Sequence record: PQ351811
DNA length: 64,000 nucleotides
Strand: one strand, 5' to 3'
Source: Shigella phage SSG23
The notes below the pieces were generated by a model. The model did no database searches. It saw nothing but the letters and a program-made list of their open reading frames with translations, and was not told the DNA's origin. How positions within the stretch are numbered: the stretch's first letter is position 1; each line of letters starts with the position of its first letter. Both the position numbers and the translations under genes were made by a program. Of the stretch, positions 29,840-38,478 are shown one piece after another.

Positions 29840-29847
29840 CAGAGGAA

Positions 29848-30171
29848 TTGATTATGATTGATATGAAGGTTACTTGCGAAAGTGCACATGTTGAAGTAGA
29901 ACAGGTATTATATCCATCTCAACGCGTTACGGTGACTTTAGACGAGGTGGATCTGGCTAATAGTGTTACCGTTGAAGATATTGCTAACGAGTATGACCAT
30001 GATGAACTGTTAGATGCAATCCCTGAACATGTTGTCATTCAGCATGTAGTAAGCAATAATGATCCATCGACTTTCATTAAAGAATATGGCGCTGATGAAA
30101 TGCTCGATGAAATTGGCGAAAAGATTGTTATTGCATGGCTTGAAAACAACGGTTATACTGTAGAACAATAA
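29848..30171 (+). CDS. hypothetical acidic protein
   Basis: 107-aa ORF followed by terminator hairpin. Confidence 0.45.
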   Translation: MIMIDMKVTCESAHVEVEQVLYPSQRVTVTLDEVDLANSVTVEDIANEYDHDELLDAIPEHVVIQHVVSNNDPSTFIKEYGADEMLDEIGEKIVIAWLENNGYTVEQ

Positions 30172-30179
30172 TCAACATA

Positions 30180-30204
30180 GGCCGCTTTGCGCGGCCTTTC
30201 TTAG
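30180..30204 (+). terminator. rho-independent terminator
   Basis: GGCCGC-tttgc-GCGGCC followed by TTTCTT. Confidence 0.5.
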
Positions 30205-30216
30205 AGGGAATATATT

Positions 30217-30510
30217 ATGACGGTCACGATTATTACCAAATACGACGACGAAAATGTGATTTACGGTGATGTGGTTGTTGTTCACGGTCGTAGCATGAAA
30301 GTTACTGGTAATTGTAAAGATGGTGCTATTATTTGCGGTGAACTTGTGCGAACCGTCAATCCTATCACCGACGAACAAAAGCGAGACATTATCAGAAAAT
30401 TTAAAGACAGCGGATATTGTAACGTTGTGGTGATTCAAGAAAAATTTGAAGTAGGACACCTATACACAAACCAGAAAACAATTCCAGTATCAATGATGAA
30501 AGGCGGTTAA
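30217..30510 (+). CDS. hypothetical protein
   Basis: 97-aa ORF with GAGGGA RBS. Confidence 0.45.
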   Translation: MTVTIITKYDDENVIYGDVVVVHGRSMKVTGNCKDGAIICGELVRTVNPITDEQKRDIIRKFKDSGYCNVVVIQEKFEVGHLYTNQKTIPVSMMKGG

Positions 30511-30512
30511 TA

Positions 30513-30875
30513 ATGCTAGGTCATTCTAAAATAGAAGATTGCTCATTCAGAGCAATGAAAGATGATTTTTCTGTCCTGTATGCGTCTATCCGAGAATTGT
30601 TTGTAGATTTTAAGCAATTCAGGGAATACAAAGGCGTTAAGATGCGGGAGTGGGTATTCTGGCCTTTCTATATCATTACTCTGTTTTCTATGGTATTTTG
30701 TTTTGTCGGGATCACTATCGCTAGCTTTGTCACTTGCGTTTTCCTGATTATCCGGTGTATCATGTTTGCTTTGATTGCTGCCCCGTTTATTGTTTCAATC
30801 CTTCCGTTAAAATGGCTATTGGATTGGGCTGATAAATCTGATAAAGTAAAGAATGTGATTTGTAAGCGTGTATGA
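30513..30875 (+). CDS. putative integral membrane protein
   Basis: Two or three hydrophobic helices (WVFWPFYIITLFSMVFCFVGITIASFV, IMFALIAAPFIVSIL). Confidence 0.5.
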   Translation: MLGHSKIEDCSFRAMKDDFSVLYASIRELFVDFKQFREYKGVKMREWVFWPFYIITLFSMVFCFVGITIASFVTCVFLIIRCIMFALIAAPFIVSILPLKWLLDWADKSDKVKNVICKRV

Positions 30876-30882
30876 GGTGAAG

Positions 30883-32247
30883 ATGGATAAAATTAGTCAA
30901 ATTATAAACACAATTACTTACCGTAGCCTTGAAAGCATTGTACACAATGAAGCTAAGGAATATGCGATCTATTCTGCCGAGGAACGCGGGATTCCTCAAT
31001 TAGTAGATGGGCTTAAACCAGTGCAACGCTTTGTTATGGAATGTGCTTTGCAAAAGAGTAAAGGCGACCGTAAGAAATTCCGTAAGATGGCAGATATTGG
31101 ATCTGGTGTTGCTGAGTTGGGGTATCACCACGGGGAAACTAATGCCGTAGAAGCTGGATCACTCATGGCGAATACATGGAGCAATAATACTCCACTGCTT
31201 GACGGTCAAGGTAACTTTGGATCGCGTTTAGTCCAGAAAGCGGGGGCAGCACGTTATATCTTTGCTCGTGTGCATGAAAACTTCTTTAAAATCTATAAAG
31301 ATATGAATTGCGCACCTAAGCACGAAGATCTGGAACACATCCCGCCAGCATTCTACTTGCCAGTCGTGCCAATGGTATTAGCTAATGGTATTAGTGGTAT
31401 TGCTACAGGGTACAAAACTGACATTTTACCGCATTCACTGGAAAGCCTCATTGAATGCACAGAGCTAGCACTTGCCGGAAAACTGGATAAAGAACCTACT
31501 GTTCAATTCCCGAAATTCACGGGTAAAGTTATCCCGCGAGATGATCGCGATGGTGTGATTCTTGAGGGTACATATGAACTAAACGGCAAGACTAAGCTGA
31601 CAATAACGGAAGTTCCTTATAAGTTCGACCGTGAAGAATATGTAGCGGTACTGGATGCGCTGGAAGAAAAAGATCTGATTGTATCGTATAATGACCGTTG
31701 CTCTAAGGACGGATTCAGATTTGAAGTAACCCTGAAACGCGATTATTTCAAAAGTGAAGATGAATCCGCTCGACATGAGCAGATCATGAAGGATTTTAAG
31801 TTAACGCAGCTAGTAGCACAGAATATCGTAGTAGTTAACGAACGTGGTTTAGTTGAAGTATTCGAGAAAGCGAGCGATCTGATCCGTCGATTCGTCGAAA
31901 TCAGATTAGGCTATGTAGATAAACGCATTGAATTGATGCAAGCCGAAACACTGGAAGCATACAATTATGCAATGGCTAAAGCAGAATTTATCGACCGCGT
32001 AATTAAGGGCGAAATCGAGCTACAGGGCAAGAAAAAGGCCGAGGTGATGCAATCCATCAATGGACATGAAAAACTGCGTCCATATGCCGATAAGCTCGTT
32101 TCTATGCCATTGTATAGCGTTACTCAAGAAGAGTATGATCGACTGGTCAAAGATGCCGATAAACATCATAGTGAATATGAGTATTGGACAAAGACGACCG
32201 CAATGAAGGAATATAAGAAAGATCTTAAAGAACTTAAGAAGGGTTGA
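30883..32247 (+). CDS. 52: DNA topoisomerase II medium subunit gp52 (GyrA-like)
   Basis: DGLKPVQRFV, YHHGE, LLDGQGNFGS and RYIFARV match T4 gp52 and GyrA N-terminal motifs. Confidence 0.9.
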   Translation: MDKISQIINTITYRSLESIVHNEAKEYAIYSAEERGIPQLVDGLKPVQRFVMECALQKSKGDRKKFRKMADIGSGVAELGYHHGETNAVEAGSLMANTWSNNTPLLDGQGNFGSRLVQKAGAARYIFARVHENFFKIYKDMNCAPKHEDLEHIPPAFYLPVVPMVLANGISGIATGYKTDILPHSLESLIECTELALAGKLDKEPTVQFPKFTGKVIPRDDRDGVILEGTYELNGKTKLTITEVPYKFDREEYVAVLDALEEKDLIVSYNDRCSKDGFRFEVTLKRDYFKSEDESARHEQIMKDFKLTQLVAQNIVVVNERGLVEVFEKASDLIRRFVEIRLGYVDKRIELMQAETLEAYNYAMAKAEFIDRVIKGEIELQGKKKAEVMQSINGHEKLRPYADKLVSMPLYSVTQEEYDRLVKDADKHHSEYEYWTKTTAMKEYKKDLKELKKG

Positions 32248-32249
32248 TT

Positions 32250-32453
32250 ATGAAAGATTATCCCGTAGGTGGTTATGTGGCTTTCGTGTTCAACAATGAA
32301 AAGATTGCACCAATGGTCGTTGAGACTATGGAAGAAGCCAACCGGATCACTATTGAATCTCTGAACAAGTTAGCAGAGATAACAAACACACCAAAACACA
32401 GAGCAACGATAGATTATTTGATGAAAGAATTTTTGGAGGGAAAGTATGACTGA
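32250..32453 (+). CDS. hypothetical protein
   Basis: ORF immediately after gene 52. Confidence 0.4.
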   Translation: MKDYPVGGYVAFVFNNEKIAPMVVETMEEANRITIESLNKLAEITNTPKHRATIDYLMKEFLEGKYD

Positions 32454-32841
32454 ACGACGCATCACTGCAACTGGTTTGGGTAATCATCATGCATGGATGG
32501 TTAATCCAGACAAAAATCCTTATAAACTGTACGATACAACGATTAAACCGTGGGATAATGGCGTGTGGAAAACATCACCGACAACAGCACCTATTATGAC
32601 CGATCCGAAACCGATTAGCCCGATGGCGGAACCAGTACAGATTAAGCCGTTACCATACCAGATAACGACGAATAGCATCGCCAACAAGCAAGAAAATGAT
32701 ATTGATATGATCTACGAGATGATTAAACTTTGGCGTGATGTTTATCTGGGTGTTCTTTGCAACACAGATAAAAGTGCACATGCGGCAGCGGTACTTGCAT
32801 CTCATGCGGTAGACGAAGCCAAAAAGAAATTTAGCAAGTAA
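32446..32841 (+). CDS. hypothetical protein
   Basis: 131-aa ORF followed by strong terminator at 32852. Confidence 0.45.
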   Translation: MTERRITATGLGNHHAWMVNPDKNPYKLYDTTIKPWDNGVWKTSPTTAPIMTDPKPISPMAEPVQIKPLPYQITTNSIANKQENDIDMIYEMIKLWRDVYLGVLCNTDKSAHAAAVLASHAVDEAKKKFSK

Positions 32842-32851
32842 CTGATTATTA

Positions 32852-32880
32852 AGCCGATCCTTGTGGTCGGCTTTTTTTTA
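32852..32880 (+). terminator. rho-independent terminator
   Basis: AGCCGA-tccttgtgg-TCGGCT followed by T8. Confidence 0.7.
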
Positions 32881-32892
32881 TTTTAAAAGTTG

Positions 32893-32921
32893 TTGACTTC
32901 CATAATCCAACATTGCATAAT
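32893..32921 (+). promoter_or_regulatory. candidate early promoter
   Basis: TTGACT, 17 nt, CATAAT; follows terminator at 32852. Confidence 0.45.
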
Positions 32922-32952
32922 ACACCCATACCAAACAAAAGGAGATTCAAAA

Positions 32953-33159
32953 ATGAAAGTACGTTGCATTGAAACCGATCACATCAATTATAGCTTTAGT
33001 GTCGGGTGTGATTATGATGTTGATATATTCACGGACAATAGCGGAAACACATTTGATGTAGTTCACGGTGACTATATTTGGTTTTACTTTGACAAACAAC
33101 AACTTACTGCAACCAAACGAAATGGTGATCCGGTAGCAAAATTTGAAATAATCGAATAA
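32953..33159 (+). CDS. hypothetical small protein (paralog of 61313..61531)
   Basis: 68 aa, MK..C start and C-terminal DPVAKFEIIE; flanked by promoter-hairpin cassettes. Confidence 0.45.
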   Translation: MKVRCIETDHINYSFSVGCDYDVDIFTDNSGNTFDVVHGDYIWFYFDKQQLTATKRNGDPVAKFEIIE

Positions 33160-33165
33160 AGTCTA

Positions 33166-33200
33166 TTGACACCAGAACAAGGGAGTAGTAACATACTCCC
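33166..33200 (+). promoter_or_regulatory. PeSL-like promoter-hairpin cassette
   Basis: TTGACA, 17 nt, TAACAT; GGGAGTAGTAACATACTCCC hairpin; conserved leader CCATACCAAACAAAAGGAGAATCA. Confidence 0.6.
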
Positions 33201-33225
33201 ATACCAAACAAAAGGAGAATCAAAG

Positions 33226-33498
33226 ATGAGCAACAAAAACAGCAAAGTGTTAGCAATTGCAGATAAAGTAGGCTACTGGAAATGTTGGGATGATATGGAG
33301 AAATTAGGCGGTCGCTATCTCGATAACTTAGAGTTGCATTATTGCCAAGCGCGTAATGCAGAAGTTGCGGGAGTAGCAATCGAAGATATTCCGTCTAAAG
33401 TCTTCGGATTCTCTAAAGATGATACCTTAGAGTATGTTTTTAAGGCTGTAATGGATCAAGCATGGGAAGACGCAGAGACACGCGCTCTTGATTGGTGA
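33226..33498 (+). CDS. hypothetical protein
   Basis: ORF with AAAGGAGAATCA leader shared by neighbouring cassettes. Confidence 0.45.
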   Translation: MSNKNSKVLAIADKVGYWKCWDDMEKLGGRYLDNLELHYCQARNAEVAGVAIEDIPSKVFGFSKDDTLEYVFKAVMDQAWEDAETRALDW

Positions 33499-33502
33499 TA
33501 AT

Positions 33503-33673
33503 ATGAACTGGTATAAAATTTGGAAAAATCAGGTGGAGGCTTATCTAGGGTATAAGCCCACCGACGAAGAATTACTCGATGCAATGTACGAAGACGGACT
33601 AAATCCGAAAGTAGCCGCGCAAGAATACGCGGAATGGATGAAGGTCGAAGATAACCTAAAGGGGAAACTATGA
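33503..33673 (+). CDS. hypothetical small protein
   Basis: 56-aa ORF. Confidence 0.35.
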   Translation: MNWYKIWKNQVEAYLGYKPTDEELLDAMYEDGLNPKVAAQEYAEWMKVEDNLKGKL

Positions 33674-33894
33674 AGAAAATGATTGCAATTGCTTTGCTGG
33701 CTAGTGCATGTACTGTAAATGCTAATACCGCAGCGATGGTCGCGGCTGTAACTGCTGCAAATGCTTCCGTTATGGCTTCACAAGAGGCAGCACGCCAGCA
33801 AGCACAACAAGAAGCCCAGCGAAAAGCACATGAGGCGACGAAAAATTTTCACGAAAATAATAAAAAAGAAGTTGACGCCAAAGGTCGTCGGTAG
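33670..33894 (+). CDS. small secreted protein (signal peptide)
   Basis: N-terminus MKKMIAIALLASACTVNA is a typical Sec signal peptide; Ala/Gln-rich mature part. Confidence 0.45.
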   Translation: MKKMIAIALLASACTVNANTAAMVAAVTAANASVMASQEAARQQAQQEAQRKAHEATKNFHENNKKEVDAKGRR

Positions 33895-33907
33895 TATTAT
33901 ACTCCCA
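33872..33907 (+). promoter_or_regulatory. PeSL-like cassette (degenerate hairpin) overlapping the end of a coding region
   Basis: TTGACG, 17 nt, TATTAT; GGTAGTA...TACTCCC; inside the 3-prime end of ORF 33670..33894. Confidence 0.5.
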
Positions 33908-33934
33908 TACCGAAACGAACTGGAGGAAATAAAA

Positions 33935-34177
33935 ATGGTTAAAGTTAATGTTATCGAAGTTGCACTGTACGACGCTGGGATCTTCCTGAATGAAAAAGAA
34001 GCTGCCGTCCTCGACGAACTGAAAACTGTTTTTGTTCCTGTAGTAGAAGACGTAGAAGCAATCAAAATCGCTTCTCGTAAACTGTCCCATGAAGCATTTG
34101 ACATGATTGATCCGGTTTTCAAAGTTATGCACGAATGCGCGGTTATGATGACCGAAGAAGAAGCGAAAAATTTCTAA
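33935..34177 (+). CDS. hypothetical protein
   Basis: ORF with GGAGG RBS. Confidence 0.45.
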   Translation: MVKVNVIEVALYDAGIFLNEKEAAVLDELKTVFVPVVEDVEAIKIASRKLSHEAFDMIDPVFKVMHECAVMMTEEEAKNF

Positions 34178-34183
34178 AATTAG

Positions 34184-34218
34184 TTGACGTAAAGAAACGG
34201 GAGTAGTAAGATACTCCC
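34184..34218 (+). promoter_or_regulatory. PeSL-like promoter-hairpin cassette
   Basis: TTGACG, 17 nt, TAAGAT; GGGAGTAGTAAGATACTCCC hairpin. Confidence 0.6.
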
Positions 34219-34241
34219 ATACCAAACGAAAGGAGAATCAC

Positions 34242-34454
34242 ATGAAATCTATCGAGCAAGTAGTAACCGAGTTTATGAGCTACGAAGGAAACCGCATCTT
34301 TGGACGTTCTCAAGTTCGCGAGATCGTAGAAGAAGTTGCGAGAGAGTTTGCGGAATCTGGTCACATTATCACGAAAGACCGTAAAGAAGAAGCAGTAAAC
34401 CAGATCATGGCTATACAGAAAATGCGTATTAATTTACGCGTGGGTAAACATTAA
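34242..34454 (+). CDS. hypothetical protein
   Basis: ORF with conserved AAAGGAGAATCA leader. Confidence 0.45.
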   Translation: MKSIEQVVTEFMSYEGNRIFGRSQVREIVEEVAREFAESGHIITKDRKEEAVNQIMAIQKMRINLRVGKH

Positions 34455-34464
34455 AAATAGTTGT

Positions 34465-34493
34465 TGACAGGGGATCGGTGATCCCCTATAATG
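34465..34493 (+). promoter_or_regulatory. PeSL-like promoter-hairpin cassette
   Basis: TTGACA, 17-nt spacer made of GGGGATC-GGT-GATCCCC hairpin, TATAAT. Confidence 0.65.
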
Positions 34494-34523
34494 AACTCAT
34501 CAAGACAACGAAGGAGAATCAAA

Positions 34524-34679
34524 ATGAAACATACTCACAAATTAATGGTTAAATTTGAAGGTGCTAAGGGATATGAACGTTACGGTGTATTCTTCTCTGA
34601 GGATGATGCATGGGATGCTGGTTTGGCAACGTTCGCCGAACACAACAACATTGAAGACTTTACTGTAGAAGAAATTTAA
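34524..34679 (+). CDS. hypothetical small protein
   Basis: ORF with conserved GAAGGAGAATCA leader. Confidence 0.4.
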   Translation: MKHTHKLMVKFEGAKGYERYGVFFSEDDAWDAGLATFAEHNNIEDFTVEEI

Positions 34680-34687
34680 AAAAGTAG

Positions 34688-34722
34688 TTGACACCGGATT
34701 ATGGGAGTAGTAAGATACTCCC
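34688..34722 (+). promoter_or_regulatory. PeSL-like promoter-hairpin cassette
   Basis: TTGACA, 17 nt, TAAGAT; GGGAGTAGTAAGATACTCCC hairpin identical to the copy at 34199. Confidence 0.6.
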
Positions 34723-34749
34723 ATCAAGAAAAACATTGAGGAATATATT

Positions 34750-35508
34750 ATGAAAAACATTATCGCTGCTATCGTTCTTTCTGCTACTGCTTTCGGTGCT
34801 AATGCTGCGTCCTTTGATTGCACTAAGGCTACTACCAAATCAGAGAAGTTTATTTGTGCTAATGAGTCAATCTCCGCACTGGATTCTAAACTTCATGAAG
34901 TATATGTTAAGGCCGTTAAGATTGATCCGTCTCTGAAACAAGAGCAACGTAACTGGAATAAAACTGTTCGTGATACTATGATCAATATCGGGCAGATTCA
35001 GCCACTGGAGGCTGTATATAACGCTCAAATCCAAAACTTGATGAATGTATTACCTAAAGAAGAAACAGCGTCAGAAAGCGATTCAGAGACTTCTGCGAAG
35101 GTTGAAAAAGAACAACCGAAACAGGAAGCAAAAGTGGTAGAAGAACCGAAGGTTGAAACTTTTACTTATCAATGCAACATTCGCTATGAGTGGAGTATTA
35201 AAGATGGAATTTCCACCAAAATTAAAGAAGCGCCACTGTATGCCAAATATGGAAATCAACCAGGAGATCTTCAAGTAACAATTAAAAATGGGGAAATGGT
35301 CGATTTTGTATACATTGATGAATACAACGTACACAAAGCAAACGTACAAGAAACCGTTATGACTAAAGGCGGGTTTTATAAAAATGTTGGCAAGAAAGAT
35401 CTATATGAATACTCCGTTTTCGAACCAAACGACGGAACTATTCGATTTGAAAAACGTCATCCTACATTCGGTGGCGCAATTGATGTAGATCAATACGTTT
35501 GCAAGTAA
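34750..35508 (+). CDS. secreted protein with DUF1311/LprI-like N-terminal domain
   Basis: Signal peptide MKNIIAAIVLSATAFGANA followed by SFDCTKATTKSEKFICANESISALDSKLHEVY, resembling the lysozyme-inhibitor LprI N-terminal signature. Confidence 0.55.
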   Translation: MKNIIAAIVLSATAFGANAASFDCTKATTKSEKFICANESISALDSKLHEVYVKAVKIDPSLKQEQRNWNKTVRDTMINIGQIQPLEAVYNAQIQNLMNVLPKEETASESDSETSAKVEKEQPKQEAKVVEEPKVETFTYQCNIRYEWSIKDGISTKIKEAPLYAKYGNQPGDLQVTIKNGEMVDFVYIDEYNVHKANVQETVMTKGGFYKNVGKKDLYEYSVFEPNDGTIRFEKRHPTFGGAIDVDQYVCK

Positions 35509-35519
35509 GAGGTTAAATT

Positions 35520-35798
35520 ATGCAATTCAATAACATGAAGATCACAAAAGATTGGTGGGATGCTATGAGAGCTAACGACCGGATCGGAATTGGAAAGGCA
35601 GAAAAGACAGTTGTTATTGTCGAGTATAAAGCGACGCAAGATCTTTTAATTAAGGAACTTATTCGAGCGGGGAGCTATCAAACACCGGAGGGTCTTATTG
35701 ACATGATGGTTGATAACATGTATAGTGACGAACCGCCAAACATTAAACAACATTACAAGCAGTATTACCGAAAGTGGCAGAAGTATAACCGAAAATAG
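35520..35798 (+). CDS. hypothetical protein
   Basis: 92-aa ORF. Confidence 0.45.
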   Translation: MQFNNMKITKDWWDAMRANDRIGIGKAEKTVVIVEYKATQDLLIKELIRAGSYQTPEGLIDMMVDNMYSDEPPNIKQHYKQYYRKWQKYNRK

Positions 35799-35821
35799 TT
35801 TGTTGACGTGAGGATTATATT

Positions 35822-36013
35822 ATGGTAATTTTTAATCGCGATGGTATCATAGTTCGGCAACACCCATTCCTTGAATACTATCAGGTTGAACAATGGGGAT
35901 ACGGGGATTGCTCGCGCTCATACGGTCAAAGCTGGAGATACCGTACAGTTTTTGAATCAACTAATATTGACAAAGTACGACAGAAAGTTTTAGAACTTCT
36001 TAACGATAAGTGA
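35822..36013 (+). CDS. hypothetical protein
   Basis: 63-aa ORF. Confidence 0.4.
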   Translation: MVIFNRDGIIVRQHPFLEYYQVEQWGYGDCSRSYGQSWRYRTVFESTNIDKVRQKVLELLNDK

Positions 36014-36023
36014 GGATTACATC

Positions 36024-36392
36024 ATGGAAATTCAAAACAATTACGAAAAATGTGTTATTATCAATGATCTGCAACGTCAATTGCACCACTACGAAACCGA
36101 TTATAAGACAGCAACCAAAACCGGAAAACTGAAAGTGTGGGAAGTTTGGTATAACCGAAACTATCTAGGCAGTATCCACAAACTTGATCGCAGTGATGTT
36201 TATACAATGCATGTAGGCGCTTGCGGTGAATCGGATGTAGCATTTAATTTCATGGAAGCACTTGCATTCTATGTAGAATATCTGGTAGACTATATCGAGT
36301 TGGAAGAGGAAGTGGTAGAATTGCTTCCTCCACCGGAAGAAGCGCCGGAAGCAACTATCCTTAAAGCATTAAAGAAAATCTTTGTTAAGTGA
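36024..36392 (+). CDS. hypothetical protein
   Basis: 122-aa ORF. Confidence 0.45.
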   Translation: MEIQNNYEKCVIINDLQRQLHHYETDYKTATKTGKLKVWEVWYNRNYLGSIHKLDRSDVYTMHVGACGESDVAFNFMEALAFYVEYLVDYIELEEEVVELLPPPEEAPEATILKALKKIFVK

Positions 36393-36400
36393 GGTGAACT

Positions 36401-36733
36401 ATGAAAAATGTACTGATTGTATGGGAACTGATTCCAGAAACTACCGAATTGTACATGGTACAGGTTGACGATAAAGAATTTGAAATTCTGAAACGCGTCA
36501 ACTGCAAATATATTAACATTGATGACATGACCCCAGAAATGGACTATGTAAACTATGCTCTCATGCAGCCTAGCTGGATTATGGATGAAACTAAAGCAGA
36601 TGCCGAATCGCTGGGTGTACCGGAAGAAGTATTAGCGAAATGGCATCAATTCAAAGTTGAGATAAAAGAGGGTGAACCGTTTATCCCTAGCGGTATGATC
36701 GACGCGGTGATCGTAACAGGTTTTCATCTGTAA
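36401..36733 (+). CDS. hypothetical protein
   Basis: 110-aa ORF. Confidence 0.45.
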   Translation: MKNVLIVWELIPETTELYMVQVDDKEFEILKRVNCKYINIDDMTPEMDYVNYALMQPSWIMDETKADAESLGVPEEVLAKWHQFKVEIKEGEPFIPSGMIDAVIVTGFHL

Positions 36734-36745
36734 GGGTATTCTATA

Positions 36746-37078
36746 ATGTTTAATTATGACAAATATGAATCATGGAAAGCATCCGAACTGAAAGAGGCAG
36801 CGCGGTTAATCACACCGCGTCTTTATCCGGTACTGTTTAGCGCCGATAAAGTAACAAGGGAAGTAAACGAGGCGCTATCGGTTTTAGGTTATCTAATCGA
36901 TAAAGTAGAGAAAACATCGGTATTCACAAATAGTGTAGAATATACCCGTTATCGAGTGTTTTTAGATTCCCTGCTCGTTGTCATTAAGGCGCTAAATGAT
37001 CATAACTACACCATGAACATGACGAAAATAATCGACGAAGCAAGAATTATGACAGAGAATATTTTCGGAAGATTTTGA
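36746..37078 (+). CDS. hypothetical protein (tandem paralog A)
   Basis: 110 aa; C-terminus IIDEARIMTENIFGRF parallels the next gene. Confidence 0.45.
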   Translation: MFNYDKYESWKASELKEAARLITPRLYPVLFSADKVTREVNEALSVLGYLIDKVEKTSVFTNSVEYTRYRVFLDSLLVVIKALNDHNYTMNMTKIIDEARIMTENIFGRF

Positions 37079-37080
37079 TT

Positions 37081-37191
37081 ATGAAAGATGATGAATCATT
37101 GAAAATTGCACTGGTTATTCTATTACAAGGTATAGAATTAGCAAACCACGAAAAAATGTTGATACAACAACGTGAAATTATGAGAGGTTGA
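37081..37191 (+). CDS. hypothetical micro-ORF
   Basis: 36-aa ORF between the two paralogs. Confidence 0.25.
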   Translation: MKDDESLKIALVILLQGIELANHEKMLIQQREIMRG

Positions 37192-37193
37192 TT

Positions 37194-37508
37194 ATGAGTG
37201 ATATTAAAACCGATGAAGAAATGCAGGATATTGCAAAGGAATTAACCACCATCATGATCCGTCGCGGATCGTATAATGCAAAAACCATTATCGATGAAGT
37301 CAATACAGCGATTAAGGCAATCGAGAAAGTAAAGTCAGACGTTGCATTTGAAAGATACACATGGGAAGATATTCGCAATCGAAGCCGCTATAATTTCTTT
37401 GTTGATTGTATTATGTCAATGGTTGAACATTACGGGCATAGCATGAATGACATTATCATCGATGCACGTAAGCTGGCAGAGAATGTTTACGGGAAGTTTC
37501 CAGAATGA
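37194..37508 (+). CDS. hypothetical protein (tandem paralog B)
   Basis: 104 aa; C-terminus IIIDARKLAENVYGKF parallels 36746..37078. Confidence 0.45.
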   Translation: MSDIKTDEEMQDIAKELTTIMIRRGSYNAKTIIDEVNTAIKAIEKVKSDVAFERYTWEDIRNRSRYNFFVDCIMSMVEHYGHSMNDIIIDARKLAENVYGKFPE

Positions 37509-37753
37509 AATTAGAGCAAGCGATTGTTTATTTTGAGATGGGCTATGATATTGCTCGTGTAGAATGGGAAGATGGTGATTTTGTTCGATTGATTGATCTT
37601 CCAGAAACAGCTATTGCACTGGTCAAAGTAGAAAACGGCGTACAACGAAATTACGCGTTTTCTGACGAAGACAAACAAGCCGATGACTGGTACGCTACCT
37701 GTTTTCATCATACAGCGTCAAAATTCGATTCAGGCGCGTCTATGCGTCAATAA
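37505..37753 (+). CDS. hypothetical protein
   Basis: 82-aa ORF; last + gene before the convergent late block. Confidence 0.4.
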   Translation: MKLEQAIVYFEMGYDIARVEWEDGDFVRLIDLPETAIALVKVENGVQRNYAFSDEDKQADDWYATCFHHTASKFDSGASMRQ

Positions 37754-37760
37754 AAAAGAA

Positions 37761-37782
37761 GGGGAGGCCGAAAGGCTTCCCC
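37761..37782. terminator. bidirectional terminator between convergent early (+) and holin t (-) genes
   Basis: GGGGAGGCC-GAAA-GGCTTCCCC; T-rich on both flanks (TTT on +, TTCTTTTTT on -). Confidence 0.6.
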
Positions 37783-37788
37783 TTTAAG

Positions 37789-38445
37789 TTATCTAATCCT
37801 TCCGAGGATTCTGGCAGATTGATTACAAAGAGTATCTAAATTCTCGATATCAATATCTGGTTTATTCTTCCATGCAATGGCAATACTACCAGAATAGACA
37901 TTATCGAGATTGAATATAGGACAAGAATACATGAATCCTATATCGATATTCTCTAATTTTTTCTCCCTCGATGGAATATACTGGAAATCTTTATCGGTAA
38001 AATAGGATTTACCTAAAAGATGCCTACGATATTCTTCACTCGTTTTATTGATAGGGAATCCGCCTAAATTCTTTTCATCGATTGTATGCGGTAGCTTTCC
38101 TTCATATGCCACCAAATCAACAAAATAGTTTAGGTTTTTCGGACGAAAACTAAAAACAGCAGAAAAATCGGCATCAGCCGACACATGAACTATCTGTAAC
38201 TGCTCCTGTGCTGCATTATCAAAATTGCGGTCTTTCTCTACCTGGAGAACGTGAGCATAAGTCTCATAACGAGTCTCTTTATACAAAGCAAACAACTCGT
38301 TTTTGCTATAAACGACAAATGCTAATATGGACAACACGACGGCAGCAAAAACACGAAGTACGAGCAACTCCGTGCTTTTAGTTGTGAAAATAGCGCGCAG
38401 GACATTTGAGATAGCAAAGTCTTTCTCTTTTTCAGAAACTTGCAT
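37789..38445 (-). CDS. t: holin T
   Basis: 218 aa; LQIVHVSADADFSAVFSFRPKNLNYFVDLVAYEGKLP, MYSCPIFNLDNVY and C-terminal ARILGR match T4 holin T. Confidence 0.9.
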   Translation of the reverse strand: MQVSEKEKDFAISNVLRAIFTTKSTELLVLRVFAAVVLSILAFVVYSKNELFALYKETRYETYAHVLQVEKDRNFDNAAQEQLQIVHVSADADFSAVFSFRPKNLNYFVDLVAYEGKLPHTIDEKNLGGFPINKTSEEYRRHLLGKSYFTDKDFQYIPSREKKLENIDIGFMYSCPIFNLDNVYSGSIAIAWKNKPDIDIENLDTLCNQSARILGRIR

Positions 38446-38478
38446 ATAATGCCCTAAGATAACTATGACAGTGTACTC

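Noticed and set aside
35803-35808. TTGACG at 35803 considered as another promoter cassette
   Set aside because: It lies only 13 nt upstream of ATG 35822 with no -10 element in range; more likely a chance -35-like hexamer overlapping the ribosome-binding region.
32250-37753. Searched the gene 52 - holin t interval for AsiA and MotA (T4 middle-transcription factors)
   Set aside because: None of the small ORFs resembles AsiA or MotA by eye; they are left as hypothetical rather than forced to those names.
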